Source of the DNA: a virus
Length of the DNA: 64,000 bases
Strand: one strand, 5' to 3'
IMG/VR virus record: IMGVR_UViG_3300020469_002640
Span: 24,500-88,499 of that record
Positions 48,452-56,409 of the stretch are shown here, piece after piece. The position numbers and the translations under genes are program-made. Within the stretch, counting starts at the first letter, position 1, and every line of letters begins with the position of its first letter. The notes below the pieces were generated by a model. The model searched no databases. It had not been told where the DNA came from and saw only the letters and a program-made list of their open reading frames with translations.

Positions 48452-48714
48452 TACAAGATCCCTAAGATCTGCTGTTCCATTACCATTACATGTTCTGTTT
48501 CATCTATTTCTACCATAACGCCTTCTCCTCTAGGATCAATCATTACAGTGTCTCCTTTTTTAGCGAACATACAATTAGGACCTACGGCTAACACTTCTAA
48601 AATATTAGTCTTTAGTTTGTTTACTGTAGCGTCATCTAAAATAATTCCTGATTCTGTTTTTCTTTTAGCTGGATTAGGTAACAACACCCAATTTCCATTT
48701 GGTTTAAAGCTCAT
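48451..48714 (-). CDS. groES: GroES/Cpn10 co-chaperonin
   Basis: MSFKPNGNWVLL...KTESGIIL...VLAVGP...KKGDTVMI...VEIDE...VMEQQILGIL. True start is the ATG at 48714 (87 aa). Confidence 0.85.
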   Translation of the reverse strand: MSFKPNGNWVLLPNPAKRKTESGIILDDATVNKLKTNILEVLAVGPNCMFAKKGDTVMIDPRGEGVMVEIDETEHVMVMEQQILGIL

Positions 48715-48734
48715 CTTTTTAGTTTTTGTTTTCA

Positions 48735-48761
48735 CAAAGATATAAAAGATTTTATTACAAA
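48735..48761 (-). promoter_or_regulatory. Bacteroidetes sigma-A-type promoter for the groES-terminase operon
   Basis: TATCTTTG at 48735-48742 with TTTG upstream at 48758-48761. Confidence 0.6.
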
Positions 48762-48789
48762 TCCAAACTGTTAGAAAAAAATTTTTGAA

Positions 48790-49055
48790 TTGGGTATAGG
48801 TTCCCCCTTGAGGTTTGATCTTTTCGATTGGAACTTTACGTTTAGCAGTGCTTCTCATATGAGACCCAAGGATAATAAAACTGGTGTTAATTCACCGCAC
48901 TTACCTGTGTGCATTTTATCCTAACTAACGCTATATCCTTTCTTTTAGAAGCTATTGGAGAAAACTCTATTCCTTATTTAGGAACTACAATCCAACGTCT
49001 GACCCTATACTGCCCTCTCGGTCCTCTAGGGTGATACACTTTTGTGTGCTTCTGT
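48790..49055 (-). ncRNA. Candidate ~270-nt multi-stem structured RNA
   Basis: Own TAACTTTG box at 49058-49065. Long-range pair GTATAGG/CCTATAC plus nested hairpins (see findings). Confidence 0.5.
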
Positions 49056-49203
49056 GGCAAAGTTAAAAATAAAATTTTAGGAAAAAAATTTTTTTGAGGA
49101 AATCTTTGAGCGCGTAGGGGTCTTCAGAAAAACACCCCGCCTTGTTTTGGGGTTTCGAGTCTCCCCCCAAAAGTGAGACACAGTCTAATTTAATTTCAAT
49201 CCT

Positions 49204-49413
49204 ATGGATATTAATGAATTTACCAAGAAAAAGCTTGATGTTACCAACACAACTGTCTTTGACAGCGGTTGGGTAAAAACTGAGAGAACTCAGAAAGCTT
49301 CTGGCTCTACCGAGCTAAAGAAGCAAGTACAATTGTTCGACGCTAATCAGGAAGGTATGCCTGATGAGCTTGCAACATGGTTGAAAGATGGTAAGGTTAC
49401 CATCAAACAGTAG
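49204..49413 (+). CDS. Hypothetical protein, first gene of the plus-strand arm
   Basis: 69 aa with clean codon usage, followed by a terminator. Confidence 0.65.
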   Translation: MDINEFTKKKLDVTNTTVFDSGWVKTERTQKASGSTELKKQVQLFDANQEGMPDELATWLKDGKVTIKQ

Positions 49414-49434
49414 TCCCTTTGGGACTATTGTTTT
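49405..49434 (+). terminator. Terminator hairpin
   Basis: AAACAGTAGTCCC-TTT-GGGACTATTGTTTT. Confidence 0.7.
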
Positions 49435-49586
49435 AACATTGTACCTTATATATAGGGTGAGCGGTATGGGTGGGCAATCTCTAACACAAAGTGTGTTTGT
49501 TTGCACGCTTACCACTATCTATTCACCCTTTTATCGCACAATTTGACATTCAATAGATTAGATTCTATTGTATTATATAACACTAA

Positions 49587-49661
49587 TGCGCAATAGAGCA
49601 GTCAGGTCAGCTTGCTAAGATCATTTCTTGGAGGTCGTAGGTTCGAATCCTGCTTGCGCAA
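49587..49661 (+). tRNA. tRNA-Met(CAT), initiator-like body with atypical anticodon arm
   Basis: Acceptor TGCGCAA/TTGCGCA, D arm GAGC..GCTT, anticodon arm CTAAG-ATCATTT-CTTGG, T arm GTAGG-TTCGAAT-CCTGC. No encoded CCA. Confidence 0.8.
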
Positions 49662-49747
49662 CACAAACATAAGATGCACCGTAAATAGCTCACAAGGCTT
49701 AGGTGCTAATCTTGTGTTATTATTATTTACATTAAAAGACAAAACAA

Positions 49748-49996
49748 ATGGAAATGAAAAGACGTTTATTTGAAATACATCATAGAATTAAATTAAAGCT
49801 TGATGCAATCTGCCAAGACGCAGGTGATATGAATACAGAAGAGTTTATGAAAGTTTATGAAGCTCTTAAATATGACTCGTCTGATTCTACGGAATCTGAG
49901 TTAGACATTATAGAATTAAGAAATGCTAATAAGTTAGCACATGAACGTATTAAACAGCTTGAACAACAAGTTGCTAAATATGATTTCTTAGATTAA
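49748..49996 (+). CDS. Hypothetical coiled-coil protein
   Basis: 82 aa with an A-rich leader. Confidence 0.65.
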   Translation: MEMKRRLFEIHHRIKLKLDAICQDAGDMNTEEFMKVYEALKYDSSDSTESELDIIELRNANKLAHERIKQLEQQVAKYDFLD

Positions 49997-50000
49997 TATA

Positions 50001-50582
50001 ATAGTAGTGAGTTAGGACTATGGCGTTGCCTTGAGCATTTGAGTCACATAGTTGGGTTCTCTGCAATAAATTATCAGCAATGATAGTTGCTACTATATTA
50101 TAATACCTATGTTGGGCTATCTCATGGCTATGAAGAGATGCGGAGACCAATGTAACATCAACCTGTTAGGTGATAGGTATTTTATAATCTAGTTCAAAAG
50201 GTCGGGAGTAATTTACCCTTAAATTAACCTAAAAAGTGGGAGGCTGTTAAACAGTACGCTCGTAGTCACTATAATTGTGGAACCACAACTAGATTTTATT
50301 ATAAAACAGAGAGGTTGTCATAGGGAAGGCTGCAGATACTTCGCCTCTAAAAAAGAGAGACTGTAAAGGTGACATTCAACTAAAAAGACAATAATAGTTG
50401 TTAGAATCCTTAACACCTGTGCATAGGTGTGTCCAGCTAAAAGGGCATAAGGGCCTTGGGGCTAGTGCACTATTCCCCTAAACCTATTTAAATGCTGAGT
50501 AGCATCTCTAAAGGTTAGCACAATTCTGTGTTACAGAACAATTGATGCCAGGCAACACCTAAGCATGTGTGATAAACTGCTT
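50001..50582 (+). ncRNA. Cluster of structured RNA modules (candidate ncRNAs)
   Basis: Consecutive modules, each closed by a stem and separated by AT-rich spacers. No ORF of 60 aa or more in ~600 nt. Confidence 0.5.
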
Positions 50583-50616
50583 TATTTATTATTTACATTA
50601 AAAAACAGAAAAAGAC

Positions 50617-50943
50617 ATGGAAAAAAGATCAGCATTAGACACATTAACTATCGTAGGCTTAGGTCGTAAGATGGATAAGATTAAGAAACTTGCTAACGGA
50701 ATAATTGATAACTCAATTCCAATTCAAGAGGAAGATGCAGAATTAGCATATTCAGGCATTCTTGATGATATGAATAATGAACAAGTAGATTACAATAATG
50801 GTTATGATGAAGGATATAAAGCAGCAATGCAAGATATACTTAACATTGTTGATCCACATAGACATAAACTGAAAGATAAAAAGAAAGTTTTAGACTTAGT
50901 AGATTTTAAAGAACATTTAAATAAACTTAAACAAAATAAATAG
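50617..50943 (+). CDS. Hypothetical protein
   Basis: 108 aa with YNNGYDEGYKAA motif. Confidence 0.65.
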   Translation: MEKRSALDTLTIVGLGRKMDKIKKLANGIIDNSIPIQEEDAELAYSGILDDMNNEQVDYNNGYDEGYKAAMQDILNIVDPHRHKLKDKKKVLDLVDFKEHLNKLKQNK

Positions 50944-50945
50944 TT

Positions 50946-51131
50946 ATGGAACAGAGTGAACACGCAATAGAAATTGGTATTAAACACGTACTAGAATTTA
51001 TAGTCAATCTTAAACACATTGGTGATGGGGCAATTGGAATTGAGTTTTGGTTTGACTGGACAGCGTTACTATTCTTTATAGTGATTTACTTCTTTTGTAA
51101 ATCAGTTTATAAAATGTATAAAAGAATATAG
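50946..51131 (+). CDS. Small membrane protein
   Basis: 61 aa with a hydrophobic C-terminal helix. Confidence 0.55.
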   Translation: MEQSEHAIEIGIKHVLEFIVNLKHIGDGAIGIEFWFDWTALLFFIVIYFFCKSVYKMYKRI

Positions 51132-51288
51132 CTGATAGTTATTAACAAGTTGACGGGCATGATTTGAGCTCTGTCTGTCAACTTGCATATGGTTGCAAAC
51201 AATTTAATAGCTATTGGCTATTCACATTTAAAAGGTTGCTAGTATACCTTCGAAACTAGCATTAAATATTTAAAATCATGTAAAAGAC

Positions 51289-51918
51289 ATGGCACAACAA
51301 TTAAATTCAGGGAGCATAGAAGCTCTAAAACAAGGTGAAACTCTGCTTGTAGAAGCAAGAAAAGTAGCAAATGGCAAAATTCAAGTGGAATTTGCAGAAA
51401 TGTTAAACACTGGTGCAAGAGCAAAGAATGCCTTAACAGTGTTAAACAAATCAGATGATAGATTCTCTGGCGGCAAGCCTCGAAGAGCGTGGGTAACTGC
51501 AGAAGCAGCAGACGTTGGAGAGCTATTAGGCGTAGACTTAGGAGATACAGGTGAATGGTACGAAGCTCAACGTCGAGGTAAAACTTATGAGATTTTAGAT
51601 CTTAACATTCTAAATCCAGTGGATTTTGATGGTGAAAGATTTAGAGTTATTTGTGAGGAAACTTTGACTCCAAGTGAATATCATGCACAAGATCCTGAGC
51701 GTTATGCTAAGAAGAAAGGGAAAGATGGAGATCTTATCCTTCACAATGGATGCTATGTATTTAGTTACACAAATGTTGCTGTAACTAATGAGCCAACAGA
51801 TGATATGCACACGTGGCTAAAATCTGATGTAGCATCACCAACGTCTATAGGCGGAATTAAAGCTAATGTTACTGCTTCGAAAGTAGCAGCAGCAGAGCTT
51901 GATGAAGCTTTTATGTAG
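51289..51918 (+). CDS. Hypothetical protein, possibly ssDNA-binding
   Basis: 209 aa, beta-rich with acidic/aromatic C-terminal tail ELDEAFM. Function is inferred. Confidence 0.55.
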   Translation: MAQQLNSGSIEALKQGETLLVEARKVANGKIQVEFAEMLNTGARAKNALTVLNKSDDRFSGGKPRRAWVTAEAADVGELLGVDLGDTGEWYEAQRRGKTYEILDLNILNPVDFDGERFRVICEETLTPSEYHAQDPERYAKKKGKDGDLILHNGCYVFSYTNVAVTNEPTDDMHTWLKSDVASPTSIGGIKANVTASKVAAAELDEAFM

Positions 51919-51930
51919 ACATGTAAATAA

Positions 51931-51976
51931 AATATGTACATTGCCTTTGGTAGTGTACATATTTTTATTATATTTG
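51931..51976 (+). promoter_or_regulatory. Terminator-like hairpin overlapping a Bacteroidetes promoter
   Basis: AATATGTACA...TGTACATATT inverted repeat. TTTG (51946-49), 19-nt spacer, TATATTTG (51969-76). Confidence 0.7.
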
Positions 51977-52008
51977 TAAACAAGTTATAAACTATTTTTA
52001 AACAAGTT

Positions 52009-52215
52009 ATGAAAAACATTATTATCAACAACGGTAGAGGCACTGTAACCGTAAGTGCAGTACACAATGTAACTGTAACAGAAACAGCTATTACAATTGA
52101 TTTAGTTACTGGTTTTAATTTAACTAAAACACGTAAAACCACAACCAAAGCAAAAACCAATAAGGCTAATAAAACTGCAAAACGTAGAGGAAGGCCTGCA
52201 AAAGCTACTTCATAG
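52009..52215 (+). CDS. Small basic protein with AT-hook-like motif
   Basis: 68 aa: short beta domain plus Lys/Thr tail and KRRGRPAK. Has its own promoter and terminator. Confidence 0.7.
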   Translation: MKNIIINNGRGTVTVSAVHNVTVTETAITIDLVTGFNLTKTRKTTTKAKTNKANKTAKRRGRPAKATS

Positions 52216-52243
52216 GTAGATTTAGATTAGACAACTAAATGAG

Positions 52244-52276
52244 ATAGGGAGTAGAGAGATTTACTCCCTATTTTTA
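52244..52276 (+). terminator. Rho-independent terminator
   Basis: ATAGGGAGTAGA-GAGA-TTTACTCCCTAT-TTTT. Confidence 0.75.
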
Positions 52277-52294
52277 AACTTAAAATTATTTATT

Positions 52295-52483
52295 ATGGAT
52301 CATCCTGAAACGATTTTATGGGGTCATAATGCTCCAGAGCCTAAATACGCAAGAAGCAAAGAACATAGAAAGATGTTAATAGCTACTTATAATAAGAATA
52401 GGCCAAAAGATAAACAAGTAACAACAATGGCTGAGCTAAACAGAGCATTGTTGACTGAAGAAATCAAAGCATTAAAGAAATAG
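52295..52483 (+). CDS. Hypothetical protein
   Basis: 62 aa ORF. Confidence 0.6.
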   Translation: MDHPETILWGHNAPEPKYARSKEHRKMLIATYNKNRPKDKQVTTMAELNRALLTEEIKALKK

Positions 52484-52485
52484 TT

Positions 52486-52683
52486 ATGGGATTAATGAAA
52501 AATATTTATGTAATGTGTCAAGATAACACATTAGATGAAGAGTTTACAAAACCATATCACCAAGCATTAGTTGATGAAAAAGACACAATGTATTTTCAAG
52601 GAAGACTAATAACTATGGATCAGGCAGCAGCTATTCAAATGTTTGTTGACGATGCTCTTAAAATGTTTAACTCAAGAGAATGA
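52486..52683 (+). CDS. Hypothetical protein
   Basis: 65 aa ORF coupled to polA. Confidence 0.6.
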   Translation: MGLMKNIYVMCQDNTLDEEFTKPYHQALVDEKDTMYFQGRLITMDQAAAIQMFVDDALKMFNSRE

Positions 52684-54569
52684 TTTATTTTATATCTGAT
52701 ACGTTAAGTCATACTAAGCAATTTGAGAATGGTACAATTGAGCAAGCAGTTGAGTATTGTAAAAGTAAGAAAGTATTAGGTGTAGACACTGAGACTGAAG
52801 GCTTTGACTTTACTTGCAAAAAAATGATAATGTTTCAGATAGGCGATGAAGATCATCAGTTTATCATTGACACTAGATTTGTAAGCATTGAACCATTACG
52901 CGAAGTATTAGAGAGTAAAGAGATAATCAAACTATTTCATAATGTAAAATTTGACTACAAGTTTATTAAACGTTGGGCTAACATAGAGTGTGAAAATGTA
53001 TATGACACATTCTTAGCAGAACAGGTTATAAATTGTGGTAAAGACGTTAGATATGGTCTAGCACATGTGTGTGAGAGATATTTAGGCGTTACTCTTAATA
53101 AAGAAATTAGAAATAGATTTATAGGGCTAACTGGTCAGCCTTACACTGATGACCAGATTGTATACGGTGCGAAGGATGTAGAGTATTTATGTCAAATTAG
53201 AAAGAAACAATTACCTATTATTGAAGAGTATAGTTTAGAAAATGTAGTACAGCTTGAAAACAATGCTGTGCTAGGATTTGCAGACATAGAATACAATGGA
53301 TTAGATATTGACAAAAAATCATGGACAGGATTAGCTAAGATATGTGAAGAGCAAGCTATAGAATTAAAAGAAGAACTAGACACATTAGTATTAAATGATG
53401 TAAGACTAGAGAAATTTGTTCCTAAGTATGTACAAGGGGACTTATTTATGAATCAAGAAGAAATTAGAAAACTAGATATAAAATGGACATCGCCTACACA
53501 AGTGCTTAAAATATTTAAAACGCTTGTACCTGAGTTAGACAATGTCAATGGAAAAGAAATGTATAAGTATAGACGTAAGTTTAATCTTATAAATAAATAT
53601 GTAAAATATAAAGAAAAGATGAAGATTGCTACAAGCTATGGAACTGCGTTCTTTAAGTTTGTATCATCAGATAACAGAATACACACAAGCTTTCATCAAA
53701 TACTAGACACAGGTCGTGTAAGCAGCTCTAAACCAAATATGCAGCAAATACCTGCATCAAATGATTTTAGAAACTGTTTTACAGCACCTAAAGATTGGTG
53801 TTTTGTCTCCTCAGATTATAGTAGTCAGGAGTTGAACGTCATCGCTTTTGGTTCTAAGGATCCAGTGTGGATTGAGTCTTTAGAAAAGGGACAAGATTTA
53901 CATTCTGTATGTGCAGACCTTGTCTATGGTACTGAATGGTTAGAGAGTGCTGAAGATGATTGTGCTTATGTTTTGAGCAAATCTAAGTGCAATTGTCCGA
54001 AGCACAAATCTCTTCGTACTAATGTAAAGACTATTAACTTTGGTCTTGCATATGGTATGGGACCTAACAAGTTAGCAGACACATTAGATATAAGTATACC
54101 GGAAGCAAAAGAATTAATAGAAAAATACTTTACTGCATTTCCTTCAATTGGTGGGTTTTTAAATAAACTTGCATCATTTGGTAAAAAATATGGATATATC
54201 AAAACATTTCCACCGTACAATAGACGACGATGGTTTACAAATTGGTATCCTAACATTTGGAACAGTCAAGCAGACAAGCGAGAGCTTGGTAGTATTGAAC
54301 GAGCAAGTAAAAATACACCTATTCAAGGAGCGTCAGCTGACATGACTAAGCTTGCGCTACATTATATTAGAGAGTTTATAAAAGAAACTAACGCGCCTGT
54401 AAAAATGGTAATGACTGTACACGATCAGATAGATACTATATGTGAGATAGATTATGCTGATAAGTGGGTAGTTAAAATGACTGAACTTATGGAAAAGGCT
54501 GCGCTAGTTGTAGTTACTAACGGTTTGCTAAAAGCAGACACAAACATTAGTAAATCATGGGAAAAATAA
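52680..54569 (+). CDS. polA: Family A DNA polymerase with 3'-5' exonuclease
   Basis: Exo motifs DTETE, HNVKFD and YGAKD; TGRVSSSKPNMQQIP; motif A DYSSQE; motif B R..VKTINFGLAYG; motif C VHDQI. Confidence 0.95.
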   Translation: MIYFISDTLSHTKQFENGTIEQAVEYCKSKKVLGVDTETEGFDFTCKKMIMFQIGDEDHQFIIDTRFVSIEPLREVLESKEIIKLFHNVKFDYKFIKRWANIECENVYDTFLAEQVINCGKDVRYGLAHVCERYLGVTLNKEIRNRFIGLTGQPYTDDQIVYGAKDVEYLCQIRKKQLPIIEEYSLENVVQLENNAVLGFADIEYNGLDIDKKSWTGLAKICEEQAIELKEELDTLVLNDVRLEKFVPKYVQGDLFMNQEEIRKLDIKWTSPTQVLKIFKTLVPELDNVNGKEMYKYRRKFNLINKYVKYKEKMKIATSYGTAFFKFVSSDNRIHTSFHQILDTGRVSSSKPNMQQIPASNDFRNCFTAPKDWCFVSSDYSSQELNVIAFGSKDPVWIESLEKGQDLHSVCADLVYGTEWLESAEDDCAYVLSKSKCNCPKHKSLRTNVKTINFGLAYGMGPNKLADTLDISIPEAKELIEKYFTAFPSIGGFLNKLASFGKKYGYIKTFPPYNRRRWFTNWYPNIWNSQADKRELGSIERASKNTPIQGASADMTKLALHYIREFIKETNAPVKMVMTVHDQIDTICEIDYADKWVVKMTELMEKAALVVVTNGLLKADTNISKSWEK

Positions 54570-54961
54570 CAGTACAATCAACAACAATTAAAGGTAGAGC
54601 AAGAGAAAGAGTAGAAGTAACAGAATACGATATTATATTTGGAGCTATTAGAAGAGAATTAAAAGTTACTAAAGAGCAAATACTTAGTAGAACTAGGCTT
54701 AGACATATAGTAGAAGCAAGACAAATGTTCTGTATGTTTGCAAGAGACATTGTTAAAGAAGGCTCAGTAAACATAGGAAAAGAAATAAATAGAGATCATG
54801 CTACTGTTCTATATTCTGCTGCATCAATGCGTAATTTATGCGCAACAGATAAAAGACTAGCTATTGCTAAAGATTATATTGAAAAAGACATAGCTGTTAA
54901 ATTAGACAAAGAGAAGCCTGTACATGTGTGCAGTCATTGTAATCAAATAATATTAAATTAA
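54557..54961 (+). CDS. DnaA C-terminal (domain IV) HTH-like protein with C-terminal CxxC
   Basis: ILSRTR.RHIVEARQM...IGKEINRDHATVLYS matches the DnaA domain IV signature. Confidence 0.8.
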   Translation: MGKITVQSTTIKGRARERVEVTEYDIIFGAIRRELKVTKEQILSRTRLRHIVEARQMFCMFARDIVKEGSVNIGKEINRDHATVLYSAASMRNLCATDKRLAIAKDYIEKDIAVKLDKEKPVHVCSHCNQIILN

Positions 54962-54966
54962 AGCGT

Positions 54967-55236
54967 ATGAAGAAAGGGTATCACGACTACATACCAATAA
55001 TTAAGGATGTAGAGGAAGAACAGGAAATTAAGAAAGAAAAAACGCATGAGCCAAAATATGTAACATCTCATGGTGGGTTAAGATACAAAATATCGGATGA
55101 AAGAGGAATGGTAGTAGCAGCGACTGACATACTTATGTTTGGATCAAAGCTGCCTTCACATTCATATAATAAAGTACACGATGTCAATCTTAAAATGGAT
55201 ACAAAAAGTTATATTAAATACAACGGACATTTATAA
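54967..55236 (+). CDS. Hypothetical protein
   Basis: 89 aa ORF. Confidence 0.6.
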   Translation: MKKGYHDYIPIIKDVEEEQEIKKEKTHEPKYVTSHGGLRYKISDERGMVVAATDILMFGSKLPSHSYNKVHDVNLKMDTKSYIKYNGHL

Positions 55237-55507
55237 AGATGCGAATTCCTTGACGGTTCGTCTTGGAATTACTAGAAAGAGCCTGTAGAAAGCTCTTTCA
55301 TTAAGAGGGTGCACTTATGAAAGTGCTACAAATTATAGCGAACACAAAGAACCTCTATAATGAGTAGTATAAGTAGATAAGTGTCCTCTCTTATTTTATA
55401 CGTGAGTAAGCTACGTGAACGCTGCAATCTTTTACTGTAGTTGAAGGGAGAGGAGGTTATATTCGTCTATGCGCCTCTCCCTCACTATTTTATTTAAATT
55501 ATATATT

Positions 55508-55765
55508 ATGTACATAGCATTAGGAGTTATATGCCTTATTGGATTACTTGTGGCATATGAAGTTTTAAAACACACAAAACAACAAAAAGAATTAGAAAAA
55601 GCCCATGAAAGATTTCATTCACAAAATAATGTGCGAAGCACAAAAAAGAAGAAAGCACCTAAACATAGTGCAAAGACTGTTAAAGATAAAGTATCAAATA
55701 ACGATAAGTCTAGAAAATCTTATAAAAAGAAAAAGAAACCTGTAAAAAAGAAAACAAATGACTGA
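55508..55765 (+). CDS. Membrane-anchored basic protein
   Basis: Likely start MYIALG at 55508. N-terminal TM and Lys-rich tail. Confidence 0.6.
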   Translation: MYIALGVICLIGLLVAYEVLKHTKQQKELEKAHERFHSQNNVRSTKKKKAPKHSAKTVKDKVSNNDKSRKSYKKKKKPVKKKTND

Positions 55766-55922
55766 TGAATTACTAAACGGCATTGTAGGTGCCATAGAAA
55801 AACTTGTACATGCTCAAAAAGAGCAACAAGAAGTTCTTGATTTATTAACTAAAAAAGTATTAAACCATGAGCAAAGATTGGTGGGACAACCTACCGCACC
55901 ATCCAGCGAATCAAAAGGATGA
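55758..55922 (+). CDS. Hypothetical protein (54 aa)
   Basis: Not in the track. MTDELLNGIVGAIEKLVHAQKEQQEVLDLLTKKVLNHEQRLVGQPTAPSSESKG*. Confidence 0.5.
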   Translation: MTDELLNGIVGAIEKLVHAQKEQQEVLDLLTKKVLNHEQRLVGQPTAPSSESKG

Positions 55923-56142
55923 TGTGGATCCAGAGTTTACCTCTGAGGATTTAAAAGACTTATCAAGCGTTGAAATAGAAGGAATAGATCCTAGTGATCA
56001 TCCTGAATATGGAGACGCTTTTGTAGCTAAAGCTGTCTGGTTTGACCGGGAGCTTACTGACGATGAGTTAGAGACTGTTAACAACGACTCTGACTTTGTG
56101 TATAAACATACTATGAACCATTTAGAAAATTTAGGAGATTAA
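55867..56142 (+). CDS. Hypothetical acidic protein
   Basis: 91 aa with EGID..D.P.Y.DAFV..A....RELTDDELE motif. Confidence 0.65.
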   Translation: MSKDWWDNLPHHPANQKDDVDPEFTSEDLKDLSSVEIEGIDPSDHPEYGDAFVAKAVWFDRELTDDELETVNNDSDFVYKHTMNHLENLGD

Positions 56143-56145
56143 ATT

Positions 56146-56409
56146 ATGAACCAGAAATCAACAGAGTCTTATAAAAAGTTATTTATAGACAATGAAATAA
56201 CATTAAGACAATTACAAGTATTGCAAATACTTAAAGATGAAATAGGTATGGGCACTAACCGCATGATTGCTAAGAAATTAGGTTGGGATATTAATCGAGT
56301 AACTGGCCGTGTTAAAGAGCTTAGATCAAAAGGATTAGTAAAATATGCGGGTGACTTTGAAGATAAAGAAACTAACAGAACAGTGAACCTATGGAAAGTG
56401 TCATTGTAA
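56146..56409 (+). CDS. Winged-HTH DNA-binding protein
   Basis: RQLQVL.IL...TNRMIAKKLGWDINRVTGRVKEL..KGLV. Confidence 0.75.
   Translation: MNQKSTESYKKLFIDNEITLRQLQVLQILKDEIGMGTNRMIAKKLGWDINRVTGRVKELRSKGLVKYAGDFEDKETNRTVNLWKVSL

Noticed and set aside
290-48745. Numerous plus-strand ORFs of 60-185 aa within the structural arm
   Set aside because: They are antisense shadows of long minus-strand genes, with no recognisable motifs.
48715-48858. 48-aa N-terminal extension of GroES in the ORF track
   Set aside because: GroES homology starts at MSFKP, and the extension spans a promoter and the RNA candidate.
48790-49055. tmRNA or RNase P RNA
   Set aside because: It lacks tRNA-like ends with a T-loop/CCA and the RNase P GAGGAAAGUCC core.
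44372-54569. Introns or inteins in terL or polA
   Set aside because: Both ORFs are continuous and of ordinary length, with no homing endonuclease or intein motifs.
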